From Myxococcota bacterium (GTDB lineage Bacteria > Myxococcota_A > UBA9160 > JAFDDA01): a stretch of DNA of 64,000 nt. Every line of letters starts with the position of its first letter. The first letter of the stretch is position 1. Where the stretch lies: contig OZ245817.1 in the NCBI GenBank assembly GCA_965228475.1, forward strand, positions 64,001-128,000, written 5' to 3'. The notes under the pieces were generated by a model. It made no database searches. It saw nothing but the letters and a program-made list of their open reading frames with translations, and had not been told where the DNA came from. Both the position numbers and the translations under genes were made by a program. Shown piece after piece: positions 28,186 through 38,332 of the stretch.

Positions 28186-29055
28186 TCAGGCGCCCTGGGG
28201 GGCCGGCTCGAGCAGGAGGGTCGCCACGCCGTGGGTCGGTTCGCGCACGGTCAGCACGCGGGTTCCGGGCTTTCGCCCGGTTCTCACCTCCGAGACGTCG
28301 AAGCCGGCATCGAGGAGCCGCGTGCGGGCCGCGTCGAGGTCCCGGACGCGCCAGGAGAGTCCCCAGAAGAAGTCGGCCTCGGGGCGGGTCTTCGGGTCGA
28401 GGGGCGCGGCGACCTCCACGGTCACGCCGCCGACGCGGAAGAAGAGCAGGCGCATGCCCCACTGCTCGAAGGTCCGGTCGAGCGCCAGGCGCAGGCCGAG
28501 GGCCTCGCCGTAGAGCGCGATCATCGCCTCGGGGTCCGTGGTCTGGACGACGGCGTGGTCGAGCCCGAAGACCGTGGCGGCCTCCTCGCCGCCGGGCGCG
28601 GCTGGGGGGAGGATCTCGGGCGGCGAGAGGTGCTGGATCGGGAAGAGCAGCACGCCGCGCGTCCGCGAGAGCGGAAGGGGAACCCGGAGCCACTCGCGGA
28701 AGGCGCCGGACTCGACGTCCCGGCCGAGGCCCTTCTCGATGGCTTCGGGCTCGAGCCCGCGTGCTTCCAGGGTCTTCCTTGCCTCTTCCGCGTCGTCGGT
28801 GCCGAAGGCGAGCCCGATCGGGCCGTCGCCGCGGGCCTCGAGCACGGCCCGCAGCGCCTCGCCCGTCGGCCCCGCCCCCTCGGGCGCGAGCAGCTCGAGG
28901 TAGGTGTTCTCGAGGCGGAAGAGCGTGTTGGCCGTTCCCTCGCCGGCGTGTTCGCCGCGCCAGGAGGGCCGCCGGCCGAGTAGACTGGCGTAGCAGCGGG
29001 TGGCGGCTTCGAGGTCCGAGACCGCGACGATGACGTGGTCGAGACTCGTCAGCAT
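28186..29055 (-). CDS. VOC/glyoxalase-family protein
   Basis: [11 protein letters not shown] and a second LDHAVV module. Confidence 0.85.
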   Translation of the reverse strand: MLTSLDHVIVAVSDLEAATRCYASLLGRRPSWRGEHAGEGTANTLFRLENTYLELLAPEGAGPTGEALRAVLEARGDGPIGLAFGTDDAEEARKTLEARGLEPEAIEKGLGRDVESGAFREWLRVPLPLSRTRGVLLFPIQHLSPPEILPPAAPGGEEAATVFGLDHAVVQTTDPEAMIALYGEALGLRLALDRTFEQWGMRLLFFRVGGVTVEVAAPLDPKTRPEADFFWGLSWRVRDLDAARTRLLDAGFDVSEVRTGRKPGTRVLTVREPTHGVATLLLEPAPQGA

Positions 29056-29120
29056 GTGCGGAGCATCGCACGCCGAACACCCGTCGCGCTACGCCCGGCC
29101 ACCCACCCGAGGAGGAATCG

Positions 29121-29999
29121 ATGATCTCTGCCGAGGAACGCTACGAGAAGAAGTTCGTCACCGTGAAGGGCAAGCGCATGGCGTACGTCGAGGTCGGCGA
29201 GGGCGCGCCGATCGTGTTCCTGCACGGGAATCCGACTTCTTCTTATCTGTGGCGCAACGTGATCCCGCACCTCGCGGACCAGGGGCGCTGCATCGCGCCG
29301 GACCTGATCGGCATGGGGGATTCCGAGAAGCTCGAGGACAGCGGCCCCGACCGCTACCGCTTCGTCGAGCACCGCGAGTACCTGGACGGTCTGCTCGAGG
29401 CCGTCGGCGTCAGCGCGGACGTGACCCTCGTGGTCCACGATTGGGGCTCGGCCCTCGGCTTCGACTGGGCCAACCGGCACCGCGACGCCGTGCGCGGCAT
29501 CGCCTACATGGAAGGGATCGTGCGCCCGGTCTCGTGGTCCCAGTGGCCCGACGCCGCCCGCGACATCTTCCAGGCCTTCCGCTCCCCGGCCGGCGAAGAG
29601 ATGGTGCTCGAGAACAACGTGTTCGTGGACCGCGTCCTTCCCGGCTCGGTCCTGCGCGGGCTGACGGACGAGGAGCAGGCGGTCTACCGGCGCCCCTTCG
29701 CGGAGCCCGGCGAGAGCCGCCGTCCGACGCTCACCTGGCCGCGCCAGATCCCCATCGACGGCGAGCCGGCGGACGTGGTGAAGATCGTCTCGGACTACGC
29801 CGAGTGGCTCGCCGAGGCTCCGGTGCCGAAGCTCTTCATCAACGCCGAGCCCGGCGCGATCCTGATCGGCGAGCAGCGCGAGTTCTGCCGCTCCTGGCCG
29901 AACCAGACCGAGGTGACGGTGCCCGGCATCCACTTCATCCAGGAAGATTCGCCCGACGAGATCGGCCAGGCGATCGCGAGCTGGCGGAAGGGCCTCTAG
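29121..29999 (+). CDS. dhaA: Haloalkane dehalogenase (HLD-II, LinB/DhaA-like)
   Basis: [40 protein letters not shown]. Confidence 0.92.
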   Translation: MISAEERYEKKFVTVKGKRMAYVEVGEGAPIVFLHGNPTSSYLWRNVIPHLADQGRCIAPDLIGMGDSEKLEDSGPDRYRFVEHREYLDGLLEAVGVSADVTLVVHDWGSALGFDWANRHRDAVRGIAYMEGIVRPVSWSQWPDAARDIFQAFRSPAGEEMVLENNVFVDRVLPGSVLRGLTDEEQAVYRRPFAEPGESRRPTLTWPRQIPIDGEPADVVKIVSDYAEWLAEAPVPKLFINAEPGAILIGEQREFCRSWPNQTEVTVPGIHFIQEDSPDEIGQAIASWRKGL

Positions 30000-30014
30000 A
30001 CGGCCGGCTCTGGA

Positions 30015-31523
30015 CTAGGCGAGCGCCTCGCCGAGGGCGGCGACGAGGTCTGCGACGTCCTCGGCCCGCTCGGCCACGCCGAACACGAGGTTGTCCGGCC
30101 GCGTCACGAAGGCGTGGATCCCCTGCGCCTCGAAGAAGGACTTGGCGCGCCCTTCCGCATCGACGAGCCGCCGGGCTCCGGCCGGCGCGCCACCGGTCTC
30201 GTCGCTCCACACGGCGACGGTTCCCTCGAACCCGCGCAAGGCTTCGGGTGGGACGCTCTCGTCGCGCAGGATCAGCCGGAAGCCGCCGCCCGTGGCGTCG
30301 TCCATCAGGGTCTCGCCTCCCTCGTCGCGGACGCGGTACTGCGGCGCGAGCCGTCCGACGAGCGCGTGGCTGCCCGCGCGGAAGCAGCCGGGTCCGGCGG
30401 GGGGAAGGGAGGTGTCGGGCCGCTCGCCCCGCTCCTTCTGGGCGAGCATCTGTTCGTCGCGGACGGCGGCCAGGGCCGGGTCCTGGGTGCAGATGATCTT
30501 CCCGGCCTCGACGGCGCGTTCGATGTACTCGCGCACGTGGGGCTCGCGCTCGCTGCCGTAGGCTTCGAGCAGGGCCGCGCTCGAGCGGCCGGCGAGCACG
30601 CGGTCGAGCTTCCAGGCGAGGTTCGCCGCGTCGCGGATGCCCGCGCACATGCCCTGGCCGAGGAAGGGCGGCGTCTGGTGCGCGGCGTCGCCGGCGAGCG
30701 CGACGCGTCCGCGCAGCCAGTCGCGCGCGACGATGGCGTGGAAGCGGTAGACGGCCGAGCGGATGATCTCCACGGAGTCCGGGTCGAGCCAGTTCTCGAG
30801 CAGGGCGCGCAGGGTCTCCGGCCGCCGCATCTCGTCGTCGTGCTCGTCCTCGCGGAGCATGAACTCGAAGCGGTAGAAGTCGAGCGCTCCGGGGACGAGG
30901 GTCGTCGGCCGGGCCGGGTCGCAGTGCTGGACGGCGAAGTCGGGCAGGCCGCGTGCGCCGCGGAGGTCGACGACCATCCACGGCTCGTCGAAGCCGAGGT
31001 CCTCGAGTTCCATGCCGAGCTGCGTGCGCACGCGGCTCGCGGCGCCGTCGCAGCCGACGGCGTAGCGGGCGCGCACCTCGCTGCCGTCGGCGAGGGTGAG
31101 GCTCACGCCTTCCTCGTCCGGGCGGATCGTCTCGAGGCCCGCGTAGCGGACCTCGACGCCATCGTGCTCGAGGGCCGCGGTGCGGAGCTCCTTCTCGAGA
31201 CTCGGCTGGTGGAACATGTAGTCGCTGGCCCAGCCCTGATCGTTGTCGGTGTCCATGGAGAGGTTCAGGAGGATCCGGCGGTCCGCCGTCCAGAACTCGC
31301 AGCGGCGCGGGACCCGGGTGAAGGGGAGGAGCCGCTCGGTGAGACCCATCCCCTGGAAGATGCGCATGACCTCGCAGTCGAAGTGGACCGCGCGGGGGAG
31401 CTGGTAGACCTCCTCCTCGCGCTCGAGGACCAGGATGCGGTGGCCGGCCTGGCCCAGGAGGCCCGCCAGGGCGGCTCCGGTGGGCCCGAAGCCGACGATC
31501 GCGACGTCGTAGGGTTGGGTCAT
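30015..31523 (-). CDS. MhpA-like FAD-dependent aromatic monooxygenase
   Basis: IVGFGPTG, PRAVHFD, GCDGAAS, AGDAAHQTPPFLGQGMCAGIRDAANLAWKL. Confidence 0.9.
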   Translation of the reverse strand: MTQPYDVAIVGFGPTGAALAGLLGQAGHRILVLEREEEVYQLPRAVHFDCEVMRIFQGMGLTERLLPFTRVPRRCEFWTADRRILLNLSMDTDNDQGWASDYMFHQPSLEKELRTAALEHDGVEVRYAGLETIRPDEEGVSLTLADGSEVRARYAVGCDGAASRVRTQLGMELEDLGFDEPWMVVDLRGARGLPDFAVQHCDPARPTTLVPGALDFYRFEFMLREDEHDDEMRRPETLRALLENWLDPDSVEIIRSAVYRFHAIVARDWLRGRVALAGDAAHQTPPFLGQGMCAGIRDAANLAWKLDRVLAGRSSAALLEAYGSEREPHVREYIERAVEAGKIICTQDPALAAVRDEQMLAQKERGERPDTSLPPAGPGCFRAGSHALVGRLAPQYRVRDEGGETLMDDATGGGFRLILRDESVPPEALRGFEGTVAVWSDETGGAPAGARRLVDAEGRAKSFFEAQGIHAFVTRPDNLVFGVAERAEDVADLVAALGEALA

Positions 31524-31616
31524 GGCAGTCGCCCTCCTGGGCCGGTCTGGGGGTTGCGCCGGCCGTTGGTCAGATGTATAACCTGTTTGGTCGAACGAGT
31601 AAACCCCGGAGCCGCG

Positions 31617-32261
31617 ATGCCGTCCCGAGCCCGAGCCCACCAGAGCGAAGAAGACCAGCGCGAGAGCCGGGAGCGCATCCTGGCGGCCGCCCTCGAGGCG
31701 TTCTCCGAGCGCGGCTTCGACGGGGCCACCACCCGCGACATCGCCCAGCGCGCGGACGTCAACCTGGGCCTCATCCAATACTACTTCGAGGGCAAGGAGA
31801 ACCTCTGGCACGCCGCCGTCGAGCGGGCCTTCGCCGATCTCCACCTCGGCCTCGACCGGGTGCTCGCCGAGGACAGCGATCTGGACGCCCGCGAACGCGC
31901 GCGCCGCATGATCCGCACCTTCGTCCGGTTCGTGGCCGGGAAGCCCGAGTTCGTCCGCATCATGCACGACGAAGGCAAGCGCGACGGACCGCGCATGCGC
32001 TGGCTCGTCGATCACTACGTGCGCGACTTCTACGAGCGGGTCCAGGCGCTGCTCGCCGGCGTCGGTGGCCCGGCCGACGGCCCTGCCATGACGAGCCTCC
32101 ACTACGCGCTCGTCGGCTCCATGGTGCTGATGTTCCACCAGGCCGCCGAGTGCCGGTACCTGACCGGCCTCGATCCTTCCGACCCCGAGATGGTCGAAAC
32201 CCATGTCCGCACCCTCGAGCAGCTCCTCCTGGGTGCCCTGAACGAGGAGACCCCGCAATGA
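31617..32261 (+). CDS. TetR-family regulator
   Basis: RERILAAALEAFSERGFDGATTRDIA...YYFEGKENL. Confidence 0.9.
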   Translation: MPSRARAHQSEEDQRESRERILAAALEAFSERGFDGATTRDIAQRADVNLGLIQYYFEGKENLWHAAVERAFADLHLGLDRVLAEDSDLDARERARRMIRTFVRFVAGKPEFVRIMHDEGKRDGPRMRWLVDHYVRDFYERVQALLAGVGGPADGPAMTSLHYALVGSMVLMFHQAAECRYLTGLDPSDPEMVETHVRTLEQLLLGALNEETPQ

Positions 32262-33136
32262 AGCTGGCCACCTTCACCCACGCCGGGGCGACGCGCATCG
32301 GCGTCGTCGACGGCGAAGAGATCGTCGACCTCTCCGCCGCCGCGCCCGACCTGCCGCGCGAGATGGTCGCCTTCCTCGAGGCCGGCGATCCGGCGCTCGC
32401 CGCCGCGCGCGACGCCTCCGGCGCCCGCCTCCCGCTCGCCGAGGTGAAGCTCGAGGCGCCGGTGCTGCGCCCGCCGAAGTTCCTCGCGATCGGCCTGAAC
32501 TATGCGGACCACGTGGCGGAGTCCGGCCTCGAGACGCCCGTGCATCCGATGGTCTTCAACAAGCAGTCGACCTGCGTGACCGGCCCCACCGATCCGGTGC
32601 ACCTGCCCCGCGCGAGCCACGTGCTCGACTACGAGGCGGAGCTCGGCTTCGTGATCGGGAAGCGCTGCCGCCACGTCTCCCGGGAGGACGCCGCCGACGT
32701 GATCGCCGGCTACACGGTCGTGAACGACGTCAGCGTGCGCGACTGGCAGCTCCGCGTCCCGACCTGGACGATGGGGAAGTCCTTCGACACGCACGGCCCG
32801 ATCGGCCCCTGGCTCGTCACGCCCGACGAGATCGGTGACCCGCACGCGCTCGGCCTGCGCGCCGTGGTGAACGGAGAGGTCCGACAGCAGTCGAACACCA
32901 AGGAGCTGATCTTCGACTGCTTCGCCCTCGTCGAGCACCTCTCGACGGCCTTCACCCTCGAGCCCGGGGACGTCGTCGCGACCGGAACGCCGGGCGGCGT
33001 CGGCATCGGCATGAAGCCGCCGAAGCTGCTCGTGGCAGGCGACGTCATGCGGATCGAGATCGAGGGCCTCGGTGCGCTCGAGAACACCGTGATCGAGGAG
33101 CCGGCCGCCACGGCCCACATCGAGCGGAAGTCCTAG
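32258..33136 (+). CDS. Fumarylacetoacetate hydrolase family protein
   Basis: GLNYADH, DYEAEL, NDVSVRDWQ, GKSFDT, TGTPGGVG. Confidence 0.92.
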   Translation: MKLATFTHAGATRIGVVDGEEIVDLSAAAPDLPREMVAFLEAGDPALAAARDASGARLPLAEVKLEAPVLRPPKFLAIGLNYADHVAESGLETPVHPMVFNKQSTCVTGPTDPVHLPRASHVLDYEAELGFVIGKRCRHVSREDAADVIAGYTVVNDVSVRDWQLRVPTWTMGKSFDTHGPIGPWLVTPDEIGDPHALGLRAVVNGEVRQQSNTKELIFDCFALVEHLSTAFTLEPGDVVATGTPGGVGIGMKPPKLLVAGDVMRIEIEGLGALENTVIEEPAATAHIERKS

Positions 33137-33140
33137 CGCG

Positions 33141-34106
33141 ATGAGACCCCCGTACCCCGAATGCACGCCGTTCCCCGGCAGCACCAACCGCCACGGCGAG
33201 GTCGAGAAGCTCGAAGACGTCGAGGTCACGCACTGGTTCGTCGCGGCCAAGCGCAGCCGGTACCACTTCGTCACGGCGGGGGACCCCGAGGCGCCGGCGG
33301 TGGTCCTGCTGCACGGGCTCCCGGAGAGCTGGTACGCCTGGCACCACCAGATCGCCGAGCTCGCGCGCGACCGCCACGTGATTGCGGTCGATCTCAAGGG
33401 CTACGGCCAGTCCGAGAAGCGCCTGGACCTCGCCTACGACTTCCCGACCTGCGCCTTCGAGATGGCGGCGCTGCTCGAGAAGATCGGCTGTGAGCGGTTC
33501 GACCTCGTCGGGCACGACCGCGGCTCGGTGCTGGCGGACCACCTGTTCGGCATCCCGGGGAACTTCGCGGATCGCATCCGGAGCTATGCGCGGCTCCAGC
33601 AGAGCTTCCCGAAGGCCCACGCCGAGCCGCGCCCGCCCCACGCCTTGATGGGGTCGCCCGAAGGGGTCGAGCTCTTCCTCTCGCCGGCGTTCCCGCGCCT
33701 GATCTACGCCCAGGTGGCGCCCCCGGGCCTCTACCAGGTCACCTGGAACGAAATCCCCGAGCCGGTGCTCGCGCGGATCGAGCAGGAGTGGCGGCACCCG
33801 GGGGTGGCCCAGGCGGTTCCGCTCTGCTTCCGCCACACGAACTTCGACAAGGAGATGGAGGACCGGCTCGAGCTGATCCCCCGCATGCGCTGCCCGGTGC
33901 ACCTGATCCAGGCGGAACTCGACCCGGGCCAGCCGCGTTCGGACTACGAAGGGCTCGAAGCCCTCGGCCCGAACTTCAGCATCGAATGGATCGAGGGCGC
34001 CGGCCACTTCAGTCACCTCGAGAAGCCGCGCGCCGTGAGCTCGGCCCTGCGCGAGTTCTTCGATCGAACCCTGCAAGCGTCCGCGTCCAAGGGAGGACCG
34101 TCATGA
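33141..34106 (+). CDS. Alpha/beta hydrolase (epoxide hydrolase-like)
   Basis: LLHGLPESWYAW, DLKGYGQS, GHDRG nucleophile elbow, GAGHF. Confidence 0.85.
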   Translation: MRPPYPECTPFPGSTNRHGEVEKLEDVEVTHWFVAAKRSRYHFVTAGDPEAPAVVLLHGLPESWYAWHHQIAELARDRHVIAVDLKGYGQSEKRLDLAYDFPTCAFEMAALLEKIGCERFDLVGHDRGSVLADHLFGIPGNFADRIRSYARLQQSFPKAHAEPRPPHALMGSPEGVELFLSPAFPRLIYAQVAPPGLYQVTWNEIPEPVLARIEQEWRHPGVAQAVPLCFRHTNFDKEMEDRLELIPRMRCPVHLIQAELDPGQPRSDYEGLEALGPNFSIEWIEGAGHFSHLEKPRAVSSALREFFDRTLQASASKGGPS

Positions 34107-35011
34107 TCAAAGTCACCGACATCGCCTACGTCCGTTTCGCCGCTCCGGACCTCGACCGGATGGAGACCTTCACCCGGGACTTCGGCCTCGAGACCGTCTC
34201 CCGCGACGAGGAGCGGCTGTTCGTCCGCGGGACCGACCCCGAGCCCTACGTGCACGTGACCGAGCGCGGCGATCCCGCCTTCCTGGGCGTGGCGTTCGAG
34301 GCGGCCTCCGCCGAGGACCTCGCGAAGCTCGCGAGCGTGGACGGTGCCTCCGCCGTCGAGAAGATCGACGCGCCGGGCGGCGGCAGCGTCGTGCGGCTGA
34401 CGGACCCGGACGGTTTCACCGTCGAGGTGGTCCACGGGCGCGAGACGCTCCCCCCGCTCGAGGTCCGCGGCGCTTCGCCGCTCAACCGCGGCAGCGAGCG
34501 GGCCCGCTTCAACGAGCTCCAGCGCGTCCAGGCCGGGCCGGCCCAGGTGAAGCGCCTCGGGCACATGGTGCTCAAGGTCTCGGACTTCGCCCGGAGCCGG
34601 GATTGGTACCGCGGGCACCTCGGGCTGATCCCCTCGGACAACATCCACCTCGGTGACCCGAGGAACCCGATCGCGGAGTTCTGGCGCTGCGACCGCGGCG
34701 ACGTCCCCGTCGACCACCATACGTTCCTGTGTGTCGCCGCGCCGGAGATCGGCTTCGACCACGCCGCCTTCGAGGTGGAGGACTTCGACGCGGTGATGCT
34801 CGGCCACGATCACCTGAAGTCCGCCGGCTACGAGCACCACGCCGGCATCGGCCGCCACGTGCTCGGCTCCCAGGTGTTCGACTACTGGCGCGACCCCTGG
34901 GGCCGCGTCGTCGAGCACTTCACCGACGGCGACCTGCTCGACGCGAGCGTCCCGCCCGGGGAGAACACCGCCCAGGTCGCCCTCGGCACCCAGTGGGGCT
35001 CGTTCGGGTAG
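34103..35011 (+). CDS. VOC-family extradiol ring-cleavage dioxygenase
   Basis: RLGHMVL, DHHT, HAAFEV, GIGRHVLGSQVFDYWRDPWG...EHFTDGD. Confidence 0.85.
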   Translation: MIKVTDIAYVRFAAPDLDRMETFTRDFGLETVSRDEERLFVRGTDPEPYVHVTERGDPAFLGVAFEAASAEDLAKLASVDGASAVEKIDAPGGGSVVRLTDPDGFTVEVVHGRETLPPLEVRGASPLNRGSERARFNELQRVQAGPAQVKRLGHMVLKVSDFARSRDWYRGHLGLIPSDNIHLGDPRNPIAEFWRCDRGDVPVDHHTFLCVAAPEIGFDHAAFEVEDFDAVMLGHDHLKSAGYEHHAGIGRHVLGSQVFDYWRDPWGRVVEHFTDGDLLDASVPPGENTAQVALGTQWGSFG

Positions 35012-35014
35012 GCC

Positions 35015-35770
35015 ATGGGTTACTACGAAAGCGATCGTCCCGACGTGGCGGAGATGAAGGGGCTGCACCTCTTCCATTTCATGCTGTCCAACTGTTCCCA
35101 GCGGGTTCGCCTGGCGCTCGAGGAGAAGGGGCTCGCCTGGACCAGCCACCACATGAACCTGCCCGCGAACGAACACCTCGACCCGGAGTACCTGCGTCTG
35201 AACCCGAACGGCGTGGTCCCGACGCTCGTGGACGACGGGCAGGTCGTGCTCGAGTCGAACGACATCCTCGATCATCTCGAACAGCGCTTCCCCGAGCCGG
35301 CGCTCGTGCCGGCGGACGGTGCCGCTCGCGAGCGGATGGCGCGCTGCATGGAGCGCGCCTCCGAGGCCCAGGGGACGATCAAGGTGCTCTCGCACGAGCT
35401 CCTCTTCCGCCCGTTTCGTCCAATGGGCGAAGCCGAGGTCCGGCTCTTCGAGGAGAAACATCCGGACGCCTCGCTCCAGGCGTTCGTCCGGGACTACGCG
35501 GAGAACGGCGGCGCCTGGAAGGCTCGGGTCGATGCCGCCCAGGACGAGATGACGGGCTTCCTCGACGGTCTCGAAGCGATCCTCGAAGCCTCGCCGTGGC
35601 TCTCGGGCGATGCCTTCGGCCTGGCCGACATCTCGTGGATCGTGAACGCCCACCGGCTCCACCAGGCGAGCTACCCGCTCGAGCGCTGGCCGAAGCTCCG
35701 GGCCTGGTACGAGAAGGCCGCCGCCCGCCCGGCCTTCGACCGGGCGATCGCCTCCTACCGACCTTCCTGA
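35015..35770 (+). CDS. Glutathione S-transferase family protein
   Basis: SNCSQRVRLAL, LNPNGVVPTL, ESNDI, LADI. Confidence 0.88.
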   Translation: MGYYESDRPDVAEMKGLHLFHFMLSNCSQRVRLALEEKGLAWTSHHMNLPANEHLDPEYLRLNPNGVVPTLVDDGQVVLESNDILDHLEQRFPEPALVPADGAARERMARCMERASEAQGTIKVLSHELLFRPFRPMGEAEVRLFEEKHPDASLQAFVRDYAENGGAWKARVDAAQDEMTGFLDGLEAILEASPWLSGDAFGLADISWIVNAHRLHQASYPLERWPKLRAWYEKAAARPAFDRAIASYRPS

Positions 35771-36011
35771 GGCATCCCGGCCGCTCCTGCTGCCCGGAAG
35801 CGCCGCCCCGGCGCGCACGAGTTGCCGGTCCGGCGGATCTCGCGTTCAGACCGGCTCGGCGTCCTGCCGATCCGCTCTCTCGGCGTTCTGCGGCCCGTGG
35901 CTCGCGGAACGCCGGCCCGTAGCTCCCGGCGACGCGATATCGTTGCGAGGGCTCGGCCTCGGTGATAGAAAGCCCGGCTGGCGCGGCACCCGGTCCGCGC
36001 AGGGAGATCGT

Positions 36012-38162
36012 GTGCGGCAGCTGATCCAGTCCTATCGAAGCGGCGAGATGGAGATCGTCGACGTCCCGCCGCCCACCGCGCGCGAGGGCGGCCTCGTCGT
36101 CCGCACGGTCCGCTCCCTGGTCTCCGCCGGCACCGAGAAGATGGTCGTCGATCTCGCGCGCAAGAGCCTCCTCGGGAAGGCGCGCGCGCGCCCGGACCTC
36201 GTGCGCAAGGTGATCGACACCGCGCGCAAGCAGGGCGTCCTGAACACGCTGAAGAAGGTGCAGACGAAGCTCGAGACGCCGATCCCGCTCGGCTACTCGA
36301 GCGCCGGCGTGATCGTCGAGGTCGGCGAGGGCGTTCCGGACCACCGCGTCGGGGATCGCGTCGCCTGCGGCGGCGCCGGCTACGCCAACCACGCGGACTA
36401 CGCGTACGTTCCGCGGAACCTCGTCGCCCGCATCCCCGACGGCGTCAGCATGGAAGAGGCGAGCTTCGCCACCGTCGGCTCGATCGCGCTCCAGGGCGTT
36501 CGCCAGACCGAGCCGACCCTCGGCGAGCGCGTCGCGGTGCTCGGGCTCGGCCTGATCGGCCAGCTCACGGTGCAGCTCCTCCGGGCCAACGGCTGTCAGG
36601 TGCTCGGCTTCGACCCGAACCCGCAGCGCGCCGCCCTCGCGAAGGAGCTCGGCGCTCACGTGACGGTGAGCGAAGACCTCGAGGCGGCGGCCGAAGGGTT
36701 CAGCCAGGGCCGCGGCATGGACGCGGTGGTGGTGGCGGCTTCGGCGCCCTCCGCCGAGCCGCTCGCCCAGGCCGGCGCGATCTCCCGCATGCGCGGCCGC
36801 GTCGTCGTCGTCGGGCTCGTGAAGATGGAGATCGATCGCTCCACCTACTACCGCAAGGAGCTCGACCTGCGGATGTCCATGTCCTACGGCCCCGGCCGCT
36901 ACGACCCGGACTTCGAGGAGCGCGGGTTCGACTACCCGATCGCCCACGTGCGCTGGACGGAGCAGCGCAACCTCGAGGCGTTTCTCGAGCTCGTGGCCGA
37001 CGGCCGCCTGAAGCTCGACCCGCTGATCACCCACCGCTACGAGATCCAGAACGCGCTCGACGCCTACTCGCTGATCTCCGAGGGCAAGGAGCCGTTTCTC
37101 GGGGTCCTGCTCTCCTACGGCGCGGACGACGAGGCTCCGGTGCGCGCACCGGTCTCCGAGAGTCTCGCGAGCCAGCCCCTCGCGAGCGACAAGGTCCGCG
37201 TCGGGATGATCGGCGCGGGGAGCTTCGGGCAATCCGTGCTGCTGCCCGCGATCAAGTCCACGGGCGCCGCGGACTTCTCGATGATCGCCTCCGCGGGCGG
37301 AACGACCGCGCGGCGGATCGGCGAGCAGTACGGCTTCCGTACCGCGACGTCGAGCGCCGAGTCCGTGATCGAGAGTGCGGACGTCGACGCGGTGCTCGTG
37401 CTGACCCGCCACGACCTCCACGCCCGCTACGTCGTCCAGGCGCTCGAAGCCGGCAAGCACGTCTTCACCGAGAAGCCGCTCGCCCTCACGCTCGAGGAGC
37501 TCGAGTCCGTCGCGAAAGCCCACGCGAGCAACCCGGGCGGCGTCATGGTGGGCTTCAACCGCCGCTTCGCGCCGCTCGTCAAGGAGATCGAGAAGCACTT
37601 CGCGAGCCGCTCGCACCCGCTGGTGATGCACTACCGCGTGAACGCCGGCTTCATCCCGCCCGACCACTGGGTGCACGATCCGAAGGAAGGCGGCGGCCGG
37701 ATCCTCGGCGAAGGGTGTCACTTCATCGATCTCTGCCATCACCTGGCCGGAGCCCCGCCGACCCGGGTCTTCGCCGAGAGCATCGCCGGAGATTCTCGCT
37801 ACCGCGGGGATGACAACGTCTCGATCACCCTCCGCTTCGCCGACGGTTCGATCGCGACCGTGCTCTACACCGCGATGGGTGATTCGAGCCAGAGCAAGGA
37901 GTACCTCGAGGTCTTCGGCGAAGGCCGGCAGGCGGTGCTCGAGGACTACCGGACGCTCGACCTGACGGCCAACCGCCGCACCGAGCGCAAGAAGTCCGCG
38001 AACCAGGACAAGGGATTCGAGGAGGAGATGCGCGGCTTCCTGGCCGCCGCTCGCAGCGGCGGGCCGATGCCGATCTCCTTCGAGGGCCTGCTCGGCACGA
38101 GCCGCGCGACGCTCGGAGCCGTCGAGTCCCTGCGGACCGGCGCGCCGGTGGACCTGGCCTAG
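36012..38162 (+). CDS. Bi-domain oxidoreductase (Zn-type dehydrogenase + Gfo/Idh/MocA) of polysaccharide loci
   Basis: SAGTE, PLGYSSAG, GLGLIG, SYGPGRYD, EKPLAL, GFNRRF. Confidence 0.9.
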   Translation: MRQLIQSYRSGEMEIVDVPPPTAREGGLVVRTVRSLVSAGTEKMVVDLARKSLLGKARARPDLVRKVIDTARKQGVLNTLKKVQTKLETPIPLGYSSAGVIVEVGEGVPDHRVGDRVACGGAGYANHADYAYVPRNLVARIPDGVSMEEASFATVGSIALQGVRQTEPTLGERVAVLGLGLIGQLTVQLLRANGCQVLGFDPNPQRAALAKELGAHVTVSEDLEAAAEGFSQGRGMDAVVVAASAPSAEPLAQAGAISRMRGRVVVVGLVKMEIDRSTYYRKELDLRMSMSYGPGRYDPDFEERGFDYPIAHVRWTEQRNLEAFLELVADGRLKLDPLITHRYEIQNALDAYSLISEGKEPFLGVLLSYGADDEAPVRAPVSESLASQPLASDKVRVGMIGAGSFGQSVLLPAIKSTGAADFSMIASAGGTTARRIGEQYGFRTATSSAESVIESADVDAVLVLTRHDLHARYVVQALEAGKHVFTEKPLALTLEELESVAKAHASNPGGVMVGFNRRFAPLVKEIEKHFASRSHPLVMHYRVNAGFIPPDHWVHDPKEGGGRILGEGCHFIDLCHHLAGAPPTRVFAESIAGDSRYRGDDNVSITLRFADGSIATVLYTAMGDSSQSKEYLEVFGEGRQAVLEDYRTLDLTANRRTERKKSANQDKGFEEEMRGFLAAARSGGPMPISFEGLLGTSRATLGAVESLRTGAPVDLA

Positions 38163-38332
38163 GGCGCGAACCGCCTCCCTCCCCGGCACCTGCCGGTCGC
38201 TTGCCGCCCGCCGAAGGCGTGTGGGCGCCCGCGATCTTTTGGTCAACCGGGGGCCTCGCGAGGCCGCTATCCTCTCTGGTTCCCCGACGGAAGCCCGCTT
38301 CCGCCGACAACCTCCGAGGCGCCCTTTCTTCG

